A program made the translations under genes and the position numbers. Below are positions 7,765 through 15,313 of a DNA stretch of 40,300 bases, one piece after another (position 1 is the first letter of the stretch; the number at the start of each line of letters is the position of its first letter). The stretch comes from Deltaproteobacteria bacterium (lineage in GTDB: Bacteria > Desulfobacterota > JADFXK01): assembly GCA_015233295.1 (NCBI GenBank), contig JADFYC010000002.1, forward strand, positions 1 through 40,300, written 5' to 3'. The notes under the pieces were generated by a model. It saw only the letters and a program-made list of their open reading frames with translations. It was not told the origin of the DNA and searched no databases.

Positions 7765-9381
7765 TCAGCTTGCCGCCGCACCCAGCTTTGGGATCGTCAC
7801 CGTCGGGAACAGGGACAGATCCGTATGGGGAATGAATTTAGCCGCGGCGAACATGGTCATGAATTCGGCATTGACGTTCAACTCCACGTAGGTGATCTTG
7901 TCGCAGATCTGGGGGATGCGGGCCCGCTTTTCGGCCGAGAGCAGGGCCAGAGCCGCACCGGTTAAGGAGCTATTCATCAACGGTTGGTACTTGTTTCGGG
8001 GCAGGTCCGGGATCATGCCGATGGTGATGGCCATCTCCGGGTCGATATAGTTTCCGAATGTACCGGCCACGTAGAATTTAGCCATGTCGTGAATGTCCAA
8101 CCCCACAGTGGACGGGATGATCCGGAGAATGGTGTACATGGCCGCTTTGGAGGCCAGCAGGATGGTAATGTCTACTTCCGATACGATAACATCCCGGCCA
8201 TGCCCCGACTCCGCGGCCGGCACCACCCGATAGCCCCAGATACCTTCGTCCTCCACCAGGCACGGACAACCACTCTCAAGGATGAACTTGCCCTTGGAAT
8301 TGATGATGCCGCAGGTAAACAGTTCGGCCAACAAGTCAATCAAACCCGAGCCGCAAATGCCGATGGGCTTGATGTCACCTATAACCGAATAGGACGGTGT
8401 CAAGGTCCGGCGGTCGATGCGAATGCGCTCAATGGTCCCTGGTCCGGCCATCATCCCCATCTTGGCCACGCCGCCCTCTAATGCCGGTCCGGCCGCTCCG
8501 GCGCAGGCCACCAGCCAGTCCTTGTTACCCAGGACCACCTCGGCATTGGTCCCCACGTCAACCAGGATGGACACGTCATCGCCCTCGTTCAATCCCGAGG
8601 CCAGGATCCCGGCGATGAGGTCGCCCCCAAAATAACTGCCCACATTGGGCATGATCAGGCACGGGGCGGCGGGATGGATGTCGATGCCCAACTCTGCAGC
8701 CGAGGTGAGATCCGGCCGGTTGACCACCGGAATGTAAGGTTCCCGGCAGATATGGAAGGTATCCAGCCCCAGGAAAAAATGGGTCATGGTGGTGTTTCCG
8801 GCCACGCACAGGGAATAGATATTATCTGCTTTTATCCCGGCGGTCCGGACCAGATCATGGATGACCTGATTGAAACCATCGATCACCGCCCGGCGGAGGA
8901 GAAGATGCCCTTCGTTTTTGGCGGAGCAGTGGATCCTGGTAAGGATATCCGCACCATAAGCGACTTGCGGATTAACCGCCGAAACCTGGCTGATGACCCG
9001 GCCGACGCTCACGTCCAGGAGGGCAAAAACAATCGTGGTCGTCCCCAGATCTATGGCCAGGCCATAATTAGCCGCAGTGGTGTCACCGGCCTCCAGATCG
9101 ATAATCTGGTAACCGCCCTCTTCAGACCGGGCCAGGGTAATCGTGGCGTCGAAATCGGCGTCCCGAAGCCTGGCCGAAAGTTCCGCCAGTCGCGAAAGCG
9201 GCGACCAGACGTGGTTCAGGTCGTAAGCGACGCGCAGTGCCCGCTTAATTCGGTCCACGTCCGCGACGTTATCCCCCAGGGCGGGCTTGGGTGGGAGAAT
9301 ATGGTATTTTTCAGCCAGCGGCGACAAGGCCGCGTCCTTAAGAATTAGACTCCCTTGATCTATCGAATGTTCCTTCATCAT
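7765..9381 (-). CDS. ASKHA-fold ATPase, DUF4445 family (RACo-like corrinoid reductive-activase C-terminal module) without an N-terminal ferredoxin domain
   Basis: It has actin/hexokinase-like phosphate loops: GLAIDLGTTTIVFALLD, ILVDVGTNAEVVLG and CAGAAGPALEG. Its length and order match DUF4445 proteins. There is no Cys cluster in the first 100 aa. Confidence 0.75.
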   Translation of the reverse strand: MMKEHSIDQGSLILKDAALSPLAEKYHILPPKPALGDNVADVDRIKRALRVAYDLNHVWSPLSRLAELSARLRDADFDATITLARSEEGGYQIIDLEAGDTTAANYGLAIDLGTTTIVFALLDVSVGRVISQVSAVNPQVAYGADILTRIHCSAKNEGHLLLRRAVIDGFNQVIHDLVRTAGIKADNIYSLCVAGNTTMTHFFLGLDTFHICREPYIPVVNRPDLTSAAELGIDIHPAAPCLIMPNVGSYFGGDLIAGILASGLNEGDDVSILVDVGTNAEVVLGNKDWLVACAGAAGPALEGGVAKMGMMAGPGTIERIRIDRRTLTPSYSVIGDIKPIGICGSGLIDLLAELFTCGIINSKGKFILESGCPCLVEDEGIWGYRVVPAAESGHGRDVIVSEVDITILLASKAAMYTILRIIPSTVGLDIHDMAKFYVAGTFGNYIDPEMAITIGMIPDLPRNKYQPLMNSSLTGAALALLSAEKRARIPQICDKITYVELNVNAEFMTMFAAAKFIPHTDLSLFPTVTIPKLGAAAS

Positions 9382-9410
9382 TACCTCATACCGCCGGTTA
9401 ACACGGATAG

Positions 9411-9431
9411 GTTGCTCGTTGCAAGTTCCTG
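9411..9431 (+). repeat. Short heptamer array (gttgctc gttgcaa gttcctg) followed by GGGTCCGGG
   Basis: Read directly from the sequence. The array lies 30 nt upstream of the DUF4445 start on the opposite strand. Confidence 0.55.
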
Positions 9432-9542
9432 GGTCCGGGCATTGAACTCTCCAGAGAACGAAGCTAATATTTTATTTTTGATGTTGAATTAGGGACCTCA
9501 TCCTCAGACCTTTAATTCCCTTTATTACTTATTGAAAACGAC

Positions 9543-9583
9543 CGGCAACGAGTAGCCGCAACAAGCAACAAACAACCAGCAAC
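9543..9583 (-). repeat. Heptamer array in the opposite orientation (NNGCAAC units on the + strand)
   Basis: The units read cggcaac gagtagc cgcaac aagcaac aaacaac cagcaac, with one 6-nt unit. The array lies about 45 nt downstream of the zinc-ribbon gene stop. Confidence 0.7.
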
Positions 9584-9630
9584 GTGACCAGTTTTCGGAC
9601 CCATGGCAGACCTTAGTTTCGGCCGGCTGA

Positions 9631-9888
9631 TCACAGGGGAATGATGCCGGCCGGAGCCAGGTTCTTTTCGATTTTGTCTCCAACGCTGGCGCCGCAGTGA
9701 ACACACAAATATTCATACTTGTCACCCTCTGGAATCACCAGCAAGAGTCTCTTGCGGACAGGTACTGCCTGCCGGCACCTGGGGCAATACAGGGCTGAGG
9801 CCTCGAATTGTTCAAAGGCTTCCTGTGGGGCTCGATTCTGGACTGGAAATGGCTGCCCCCCAATCCCGGCCTTCCGATACGACACCAT
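9631..9888 (-). CDS. Small zinc-ribbon protein (CPRC...CVHC), function unknown
   Basis: The internal ATG at 9888 (MVSYRKAG...) has GGGAGGA 8 nt upstream, so I prefer it to the track start at 9915. Two CxxC pairs are separated by 26 residues. Confidence 0.5.
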   Translation of the reverse strand: MVSYRKAGIGGQPFPVQNRAPQEAFEQFEASALYCPRCRQAVPVRKRLLLVIPEGDKYEYLCVHCGASVGDKIEKNLAPAGIIPL

Positions 9889-10292
9889 TGTTCGATTCCT
9901 CCCTGACAGATACATTCTAAAATAAGTCTCCAGCAGTCCGAGCCAACCAGGCCAAAACGGGTGATTAGGAATCCCCGGCTAGGCCGAGCGTTATTATACC
10001 TCAAACAGCCGAGGCTGCCTACCCCAAATATAAGGTTTCTGCGGCGCGGACCGAATAAATTCATGGACTACGTCCGGGCCGGGAGGATCAATCGTGGCCG
10101 GAATCGACAAAATAATCAGTCATTGTATGTAGCAGCACGTATTGCTGATTTATTTTTTTCAGTTAGCAACCTTGAATTTCTTCCTTGCCTGTTTGGGGGC
10201 AAGGAGGATATATTGCCGACTCAACATGTTGAATAGACCGTGGATTAGAATGGCTACTGTTAAATAGTGTAATCATCAATGGGGGTTCGCCA

Positions 10293-11255
10293 ATGTTCAG
10301 TAGTAAACGCGTGTTGGTCACCGGTGGCGCCGGTTTCTTAGGCTCGCACCTGTGTGACCGGTTGGTCGCGGAGGGGCATGATGTGTTATGTCTTGACAAT
10401 TTTTTCACCGGCAATAAAAATAACATAATTCATCTAATCGGCCGGCAAAATTTTGAACTAATCCGCCATGACCTGGTCCACCCCATTTATATAGAGGTTG
10501 ATGAAGTATATAACCTGGCTTGCCCGGCTTCACCGATCCATTACCAGTTTAATCCGATTAAGACCATCAAGACCAATGTCATGGGCGCCATCAACATGTT
10601 GGGCCTGGCTAAGAGGGTAAAAGCCAAAATCCTCCAGGCGTCCACCAGTGAGATTTACGGTGATCCCCATGTTCATCCGCAACGTGAAGATTATTGGGGA
10701 AATGTTAATACGATCGGCATCAGATCATGTTATGATGAGGGCAAACGCTGTGCGGAGACCCTGTTCTTCGATTATCATCGCCAGAGCAAATTGAACATCA
10801 GGGTGGCCAGGATTTTCAATACTTATGGTCCCAGGATGCACCCCAATGACGGCCGCGTCGTCAGCAATTTTATCTTACAAGCTCTAACCAACAGAGATAT
10901 AACCATCTATGGCGATGGGACCCAAACCCGTTCTTTTTGCTATGTGGATGACATGGTCGAGGGACTGGTCAGGCTAATGAATGGCCCGGATGAGTTTGTG
11001 GGACCGGTGAATCTGGGCAACCCTTCCGAGTTTTCCATTGAAGACCTGGCTCGGAAGATCATCGGCTTGACCGGATCGAATTCGGAGCTGGTTTTTAAGC
11101 CGCTTCCCCAAGACGACCCCAGACAACGCCGTCCCGACATCAGCCTGGCCAACCAAAATCTAGGATGGACGCCCAGCGTGCCCTTGGAACACGGTTTGTC
11201 CAAAACCATCGAGTATTTTGAGCAACTATTAAAAGATGAACCCGGGTTGAGATGA
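10293..11255 (+). CDS. UDP-glucuronate decarboxylase (UDP-xylose synthase-like SDR, NAD-dependent epimerase/dehydratase family)
   Basis: It has the Rossmann motif [29 protein letters not shown], the catalytic YDEGKR and STSEIYGDP are characteristic of the UXS/ArnA-decarboxylase clade. Confidence 0.85.
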   Translation: MFSSKRVLVTGGAGFLGSHLCDRLVAEGHDVLCLDNFFTGNKNNIIHLIGRQNFELIRHDLVHPIYIEVDEVYNLACPASPIHYQFNPIKTIKTNVMGAINMLGLAKRVKAKILQASTSEIYGDPHVHPQREDYWGNVNTIGIRSCYDEGKRCAETLFFDYHRQSKLNIRVARIFNTYGPRMHPNDGRVVSNFILQALTNRDITIYGDGTQTRSFCYVDDMVEGLVRLMNGPDEFVGPVNLGNPSEFSIEDLARKIIGLTGSNSELVFKPLPQDDPRQRRPDISLANQNLGWTPSVPLEHGLSKTIEYFEQLLKDEPGLR

Positions 11256-11259
11256 TCGG

Positions 11260-11273
11260 GTTGCGGGTCACTT
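11260..11273 (+). repeat. Weak two-unit heptamer remnant (gttgcgg gtcactt)
   Basis: It starts 5 nt after the UXS stop. With only two units it could be chance. Confidence 0.3.
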
Positions 11274-11364
11274 GAGAAATCTCTTTAGATGTTAAGTTGG
11301 ATAGATGATCACAACATCGCTGCAGTCTACATTTATCTAAGTATAAATTTAAGGAGGAGACATT

Positions 11365-13437
11365 ATGACGAACACGATGTGGCGATTATTCATCTTGTTA
11401 TTGTCTTTCGGCCTGCTCTGCCCGCCGAGCTCCCCGGCCGCACCGGTCACTCCCACCATGGTTGAACAAGTAGGACAAACGCAGCTCACGGCCCAGAATC
11501 AGGTTGCCTGCGCGGACCAGGCCAAACGGGGAATCGCGGGGTATCAAGATAGAACCGTCGCCTCCATCGGTGAACTCAAGAATAGCCGGGGCGACACCTT
11601 GGCCTATGTTTTAACTTTGTCTCCCACGGGTTATATCGTCATCTCCACCGATACCGACATCACGCCGATTATCGCTCAATCGCACGACAGCAATTTCATC
11701 TGGGAAGATTCTCCGGCAAATGTCTTGCTCCACCTGGTCACTCTAGACATGGAAAACCGACTTAAAGCCCTACCCGAGACCGGCGCCGCGGTAAAACAAG
11801 CCAATAACACCCGCTGGAATAATTACGTCGCCGCCGACGGCGCGCTCGTGTCCCAAATTACCAGAGCCGCCACCTACGGGCCCCTGCTCAGCCCCCCGAC
11901 ATGGAATCAAGATTCGCCCTATAACGGCTACTGCCCCATGGACCCCGTAACCCAAACTAGATCATTAACCGGTTGCGTGGCCACCGCAATGGCCCAGATT
12001 GTCAATTATTACGAGAGGCCTGTCTCAGTCACCTTCCTCGCTACCGATAATTACACCACGGACACAAGGAAGATCGACATTACCGCCTCCACCGCCGATA
12101 TCGCCGGCATCACCTATCCCGCCGGCGGTGATATGGCCGCTCGCCTGTCTTACGCCTGCGGGGTTTCTGTTAAAATGGACTATACCAGCGCCTTTTCCGG
12201 CGCCTATACGAAGGACCTGGCCTGGGCCCTCAGATACAGGTTTGGTTATGTCTCCGCCATTTATAAAGACACCTTCAACGATTCGATTTATCCCATCATC
12301 CAGAATAACATAAAGAATCGACAGCCGGTGAATTTAGCCATCACCGACATCTCCATCAGCGGGCACTCCATTGTCTGCGACGGCTATAACGACGGCTCCG
12401 GTCAGTATCATCTGAACTTCGGCTGGGGCGGGACCACGGATGGTTGGTATAGTCTGCCGTACGGCATGCCCGAACAATACATGCTTATTGATAACGCCGT
12501 GACGGATATCAGGCCGAACGGTACGCCGATTCGATATGATTTTGACGGGAACGGACAATCCGACATGCTATGGTATAATTCGTCAACCGGCCAAAGCGTG
12601 GCCTGGTTGATGAACGGAACGTCCATCGCCTCCTACGGCAAGATTAACACAGTCAGCGATTTAAATTGGAAAATCCAAGGGGTAGGTGATTTCAACGGCG
12701 ACGGCAAAGCCGATATCCTCTGGCGCAATGAAGCTACCGGCCAAGTCTGGATGTACCTGATGAACGGGGCGTCCATCGCTTCCCAGGGATCTGTCGGCAC
12801 GGTCGACGACTTGTCCTGGCAAATTCAAGGCGTGGCTGATTTCAACGGCGACGGCAAGGCCGACATTCTGTGGCGCAATGTGGCCAATGGGGATGTCTAT
12901 ATCTGGTTGATGAACGGTATGATTCCGTCCTCTAAGTCTTCCGTCGGCGCGGTCGGCAACCTGGACTGGCAAATTCAAGGCGTGGGTGATTTCGACGGCG
13001 ACGGCAAGGCCGACATCCTCTGGCGCAATGTGGCCAATGGGGATGTCTATATCTGGTTGATGAACGGTATGATTCCGTCCTCTAAGTCTTCCGTCGGCGC
13101 GGTCGGCAACCTGGACTGGCAAATTCAAGGCGTGGGTGATTTCGACGGCGACGGCAAGGCCGACATCCTCTGGCGCAATGTGGCCGATGGCGAGGTCTAT
13201 ATTTGGCTGATGAACGGTATGACCCCGTCCTCTAAGTCTTCCGTCGGCGTGGTCGGCGACTTGAACTGGAAGATTCAAGGAATCGGTGATTTCAACGGCG
13301 ACGGCAAGGCCGACATTCTGTGGCGCAATTCCTCCACCGGGCAGGTCTGGATGTACCTGATGAACGGGGCGTCCATCGCTTCCCAGGGGCCGTTAGCCAT
13401 CATCAACGACTCGAATTGGCAAACCCAACTAAAGTGA
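11365..13437 (+). CDS. Secreted peptidase C10 (streptopain/SpeB-like cysteine protease) with an N-terminal inhibitor-like prodomain and six C-terminal FG-GAP/VCBS-type repeats
   Basis: A strong AAGGAGGAG RBS precedes the start and the N-terminus is a signal peptide. The catalytic Cys motif is SPYNGYCP...TGCVATAMAQIVNYY. The His region is GHSIVCDGYN...YHLNFGWGGTTDGWYSL, which matches SpeB GHAFVIDG...YHVNWGWGG.SDGFF. These are followed by six 50-aa repeats of the form DF[ND]GDGKADILWRN. Confidence 0.9.
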   Translation: MTNTMWRLFILLLSFGLLCPPSSPAAPVTPTMVEQVGQTQLTAQNQVACADQAKRGIAGYQDRTVASIGELKNSRGDTLAYVLTLSPTGYIVISTDTDITPIIAQSHDSNFIWEDSPANVLLHLVTLDMENRLKALPETGAAVKQANNTRWNNYVAADGALVSQITRAATYGPLLSPPTWNQDSPYNGYCPMDPVTQTRSLTGCVATAMAQIVNYYERPVSVTFLATDNYTTDTRKIDITASTADIAGITYPAGGDMAARLSYACGVSVKMDYTSAFSGAYTKDLAWALRYRFGYVSAIYKDTFNDSIYPIIQNNIKNRQPVNLAITDISISGHSIVCDGYNDGSGQYHLNFGWGGTTDGWYSLPYGMPEQYMLIDNAVTDIRPNGTPIRYDFDGNGQSDMLWYNSSTGQSVAWLMNGTSIASYGKINTVSDLNWKIQGVGDFNGDGKADILWRNEATGQVWMYLMNGASIASQGSVGTVDDLSWQIQGVADFNGDGKADILWRNVANGDVYIWLMNGMIPSSKSSVGAVGNLDWQIQGVGDFDGDGKADILWRNVANGDVYIWLMNGMIPSSKSSVGAVGNLDWQIQGVGDFDGDGKADILWRNVADGEVYIWLMNGMTPSSKSSVGVVGDLNWKIQGIGDFNGDGKADILWRNSSTGQVWMYLMNGASIASQGPLAIINDSNWQTQLK
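12538..13437 (+). repeat. Six tandem 150-bp coding repeats (FG-GAP units). Units 12838-12987 and 12988-13137 are nearly identical.
   Basis: Unit boundaries at 12538, 12688, 12838, 12988, 13138 and 13288 all start with gat ttc/ttt. Units 3 and 4 differ at only a few nucleotides. Units 2 and 6 share an identical stretch, gtctggatgtacctgatgaacggggcgtccatcgcttcccagg. Confidence 0.9.
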
Positions 13438-13533
13438 GTCCATGCGCCGCCGCGGTGTCGAATAATTGGGCCCGCCGCCGATCGCCCCGTCATCTGAGGA
13501 TTAAATTTCGTAACCTATCGGCATAATCATATG

Positions 13534-13565
13534 CCCTGCCGGGTCGCTCCGGTGGGGCTTTTTTT
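13534..13565 (+). terminator. Rho-independent terminator downstream of the C10 peptidase gene
   Basis: The stem ccctgccgg (13534-13542) pairs with ccggtgggg (13549-13557) over 9 bp including two G-U pairs. The loop is gtcgct. A run of 7 T follows at 13559-13565. Confidence 0.7.
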
Positions 13566-13697
13566 GCGCAGGTTGTGAATCCGGCCCGGGCGAGGTCCAC
13601 TCTGTCCACGACCGCGCGCGGCCGGTCAGGGTGTGGAAGCCGCCCGGCGATGTTGAAATTTAGCAATATTTTAATCAGTTATTATATCAAAATTACT

Positions 13698-13726
13698 TTG
13701 CCGGACCCACCGATTCATGTTATATA
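13698..13726 (+). promoter_or_regulatory. Candidate promoter TTGCCG-N17-TATATA upstream of the sugar transferase
   Basis: The hexamers are at 13698-13703 and 13721-13726 with a 17-nt spacer. This would place the heptamer array at 13750-13791 in the 5' UTR. Pattern match only. Confidence 0.25.
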
Positions 13727-13749
13727 GCAAAAAATCAAATGACATTGTG

Positions 13750-13791
13750 CCGCAACACGCAACCCGTAACACGCAATTCGAACCCCGTAAC
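13750..13791 (-). repeat. Heptamer array of six in-phase units, read as NNGYAAC on the + strand
   Basis: The units read ccgcaac acgcaac ccgtaac acgcaat tcgaacc ccgtaac. The array ends 35 nt upstream of the sugar transferase ATG. Confidence 0.8.
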
Positions 13792-13826
13792 ACGATTGAC
13801 CGACACCGAAAAGGGAACCTGTTAGA

Positions 13827-15248
13827 ATGAGATCCATTTTTTCCAGCCCTATTTTTAGACGTAAGCTGGTTCTCCTTTTTGGTGATGATCTGTGCATTAT
13901 CTTTGGTGAGTTGTTGGTTTTTTCTTTGTACTGGGTACTTAGAGGCAACTTTGATTATTCGATGTTGCCTAGACAATCGGTCATCATCTTGCCAACTATT
14001 TTTTTCTACTTCATCACGTTTTATATATTTGGCCTGTACACGCTGGAACACCTCCCGTCCAGAGTCTATTCGCTCCTGCCCCGAATTATATTGGCCGTGG
14101 TCATCAACGCCATTCCCCCCATAATCTACAGTTTTATATTTTCTAAGTATCTTCCGGGGATGGGTCGCATCGTCATCATCACCAAAATACCTGTAATTAT
14201 CCTTTTGATCACTTTGTGGCGGCTTTTTTTCAATACCGTGGTGATGAAAAACATCAAGCTGCCCAGGGTGGGCATAATCTTATCTCCCAAGTATGCCAAT
14301 GAATATTTGAGAGATTTGCTGCCGTACAATGGCATCGAGATCGACCTGGCCGCGATTTGCATCTTTTCCACCAATGACGAGACGTTCTGCCCTGTGCTTG
14401 AGGATGTCCCGCGCCACGTGAATCTCGTGGCCACGATTGAGGAATTAAGTACCATCCCAAACATTGACATGATTGCCATTCCGGAAGATACCCAGCAATT
14501 GAACTCGGCTGATATTGATTTGCTTATGCAACTCCGGGTGTCGGGCATGAGGCTGATGGACCTGCCTTCATTTTATCGCAAATTAACCCTTAAGACTCCG
14601 ATTTTTTTTGTGGATAATCAGTGGAAGCTGAACTTCATGGGCCTCCTTTTACCGGAACGGGATATTTTTCTGAAGGCTAAGGCCATAGTCGATCGGATGG
14701 GCAGTCTTGTGCTCCTGGTGTTGTTGTCGCCCGTAATGCTGCTCATCGCCCTGGCCATCAAATTGGAATCTCCCGGTCCGGTGTTTTTTATTCAAGAACG
14801 ACTGGGATTCTTGGAGATCCCGTTCAAGATTTATAAGTTCCGGACCATGGTTGTGGATGCTGAGCGAAAATTCGGCAGCCTGTGGGTCCAGAAAGATGAC
14901 CCCCGCGTCACCAGAGTGGGAAAGCACTTACGCCGCCTGCGGTTAGACGAGCTTCCTCAGTTGATTAACGTGCTTATCGGGGAGATGAGCTTTATAGGAC
15001 CCCGGCCGATGAAACCTGACTTCGCCCGCCGGGTCAAACAAAGAATCAATTTTCACCCCATCCGACACGTTGTCAAACCTGGGATCACCGGTTGGGCCCA
15101 GATTAATATGCCCTACGTCGGTTCTATTACCGAGGAACTGGAAAAATTTCAATATGATCTGTTTTATATTCAGTCCCAATCAGCTCTGTTGGATCTATAT
15201 ATAATAATTAACACTATTCATTACGTCTTGATTCCACGGGGACAATGA
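13827..15248 (+). CDS. Polyprenyl-phosphate glycosyl-1-phosphate transferase (bacterial sugar transferase, WbaP/EpsB-type exopolysaccharide initiating enzyme)
   Basis: There are about 4 N-terminal TM helices and a central linker. The C-terminal Bac_transf signature is SPGPVFFIQERLG...YKFRTM...DPRVTRVGKHLRRLRLDELPQLINVLIGEMSFIGPRP. Confidence 0.85.
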   Translation: MRSIFSSPIFRRKLVLLFGDDLCIIFGELLVFSLYWVLRGNFDYSMLPRQSVIILPTIFFYFITFYIFGLYTLEHLPSRVYSLLPRIILAVVINAIPPIIYSFIFSKYLPGMGRIVIITKIPVIILLITLWRLFFNTVVMKNIKLPRVGIILSPKYANEYLRDLLPYNGIEIDLAAICIFSTNDETFCPVLEDVPRHVNLVATIEELSTIPNIDMIAIPEDTQQLNSADIDLLMQLRVSGMRLMDLPSFYRKLTLKTPIFFVDNQWKLNFMGLLLPERDIFLKAKAIVDRMGSLVLLVLLSPVMLLIALAIKLESPGPVFFIQERLGFLEIPFKIYKFRTMVVDAERKFGSLWVQKDDPRVTRVGKHLRRLRLDELPQLINVLIGEMSFIGPRPMKPDFARRVKQRINFHPIRHVVKPGITGWAQINMPYVGSITEELEKFQYDLFYIQSQSALLDLYIIINTIHYVLIPRGQ

Positions 15249-15257
15249 CAATATAAT

Positions 15258-15299
15258 GTTGTGTGTTGCGGGTTTCTGGTTGAGGATTGCAGTTGCGGA
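15258..15299 (+). repeat. Heptamer array (gttgtgt gttgcgg gtttctg gttgagg attgcag ttgcgga)
   Basis: It starts 10 nt after the sugar transferase stop and ends 15 nt before the kinase ATG. The track TTG start at 15287 lies inside this array. Confidence 0.7.
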
Positions 15300-15313
15300 T
15301 CATAGGTGAAGGT

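Noticed and set aside
7984-9348. Plus-strand ORFs 7984-8481, 8397-8635 and 8674-9348 opposite the DUF4445 gene
   Set aside because: They are antisense shadows of a well-supported CDS and show no motifs.
10138-10170. A terminator-like hairpin, cagca cgtat tgctg, followed by a T-run
   Set aside because: The stem is only 5 bp and no plus-strand gene ends upstream of it. It is probably fortuitous within a promoter region.
12661-13278. 205-aa minus-strand ORF with its own internal repeats
   Set aside because: It is the antisense reading of the 150-bp FG-GAP tandem repeats. Its repetitiveness is inherited from the sense strand.
13671-14051. Minus-strand ORFs 13671-14051 and 13715-13948 and the plus-strand frame 13879-14124
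   Set aside because: They overlap the 5' region and N-terminal TM segment of the sugar transferase. Their composition reflects AT-rich hydrophobic-codon antisense, and they have no RBS.
15287-15313. TTG 15287 as the start of the hybrid kinase
   Set aside because: This TTG lies inside the non-coding heptamer array. ATG 15314 has a proper AGGTGAAGG RBS.
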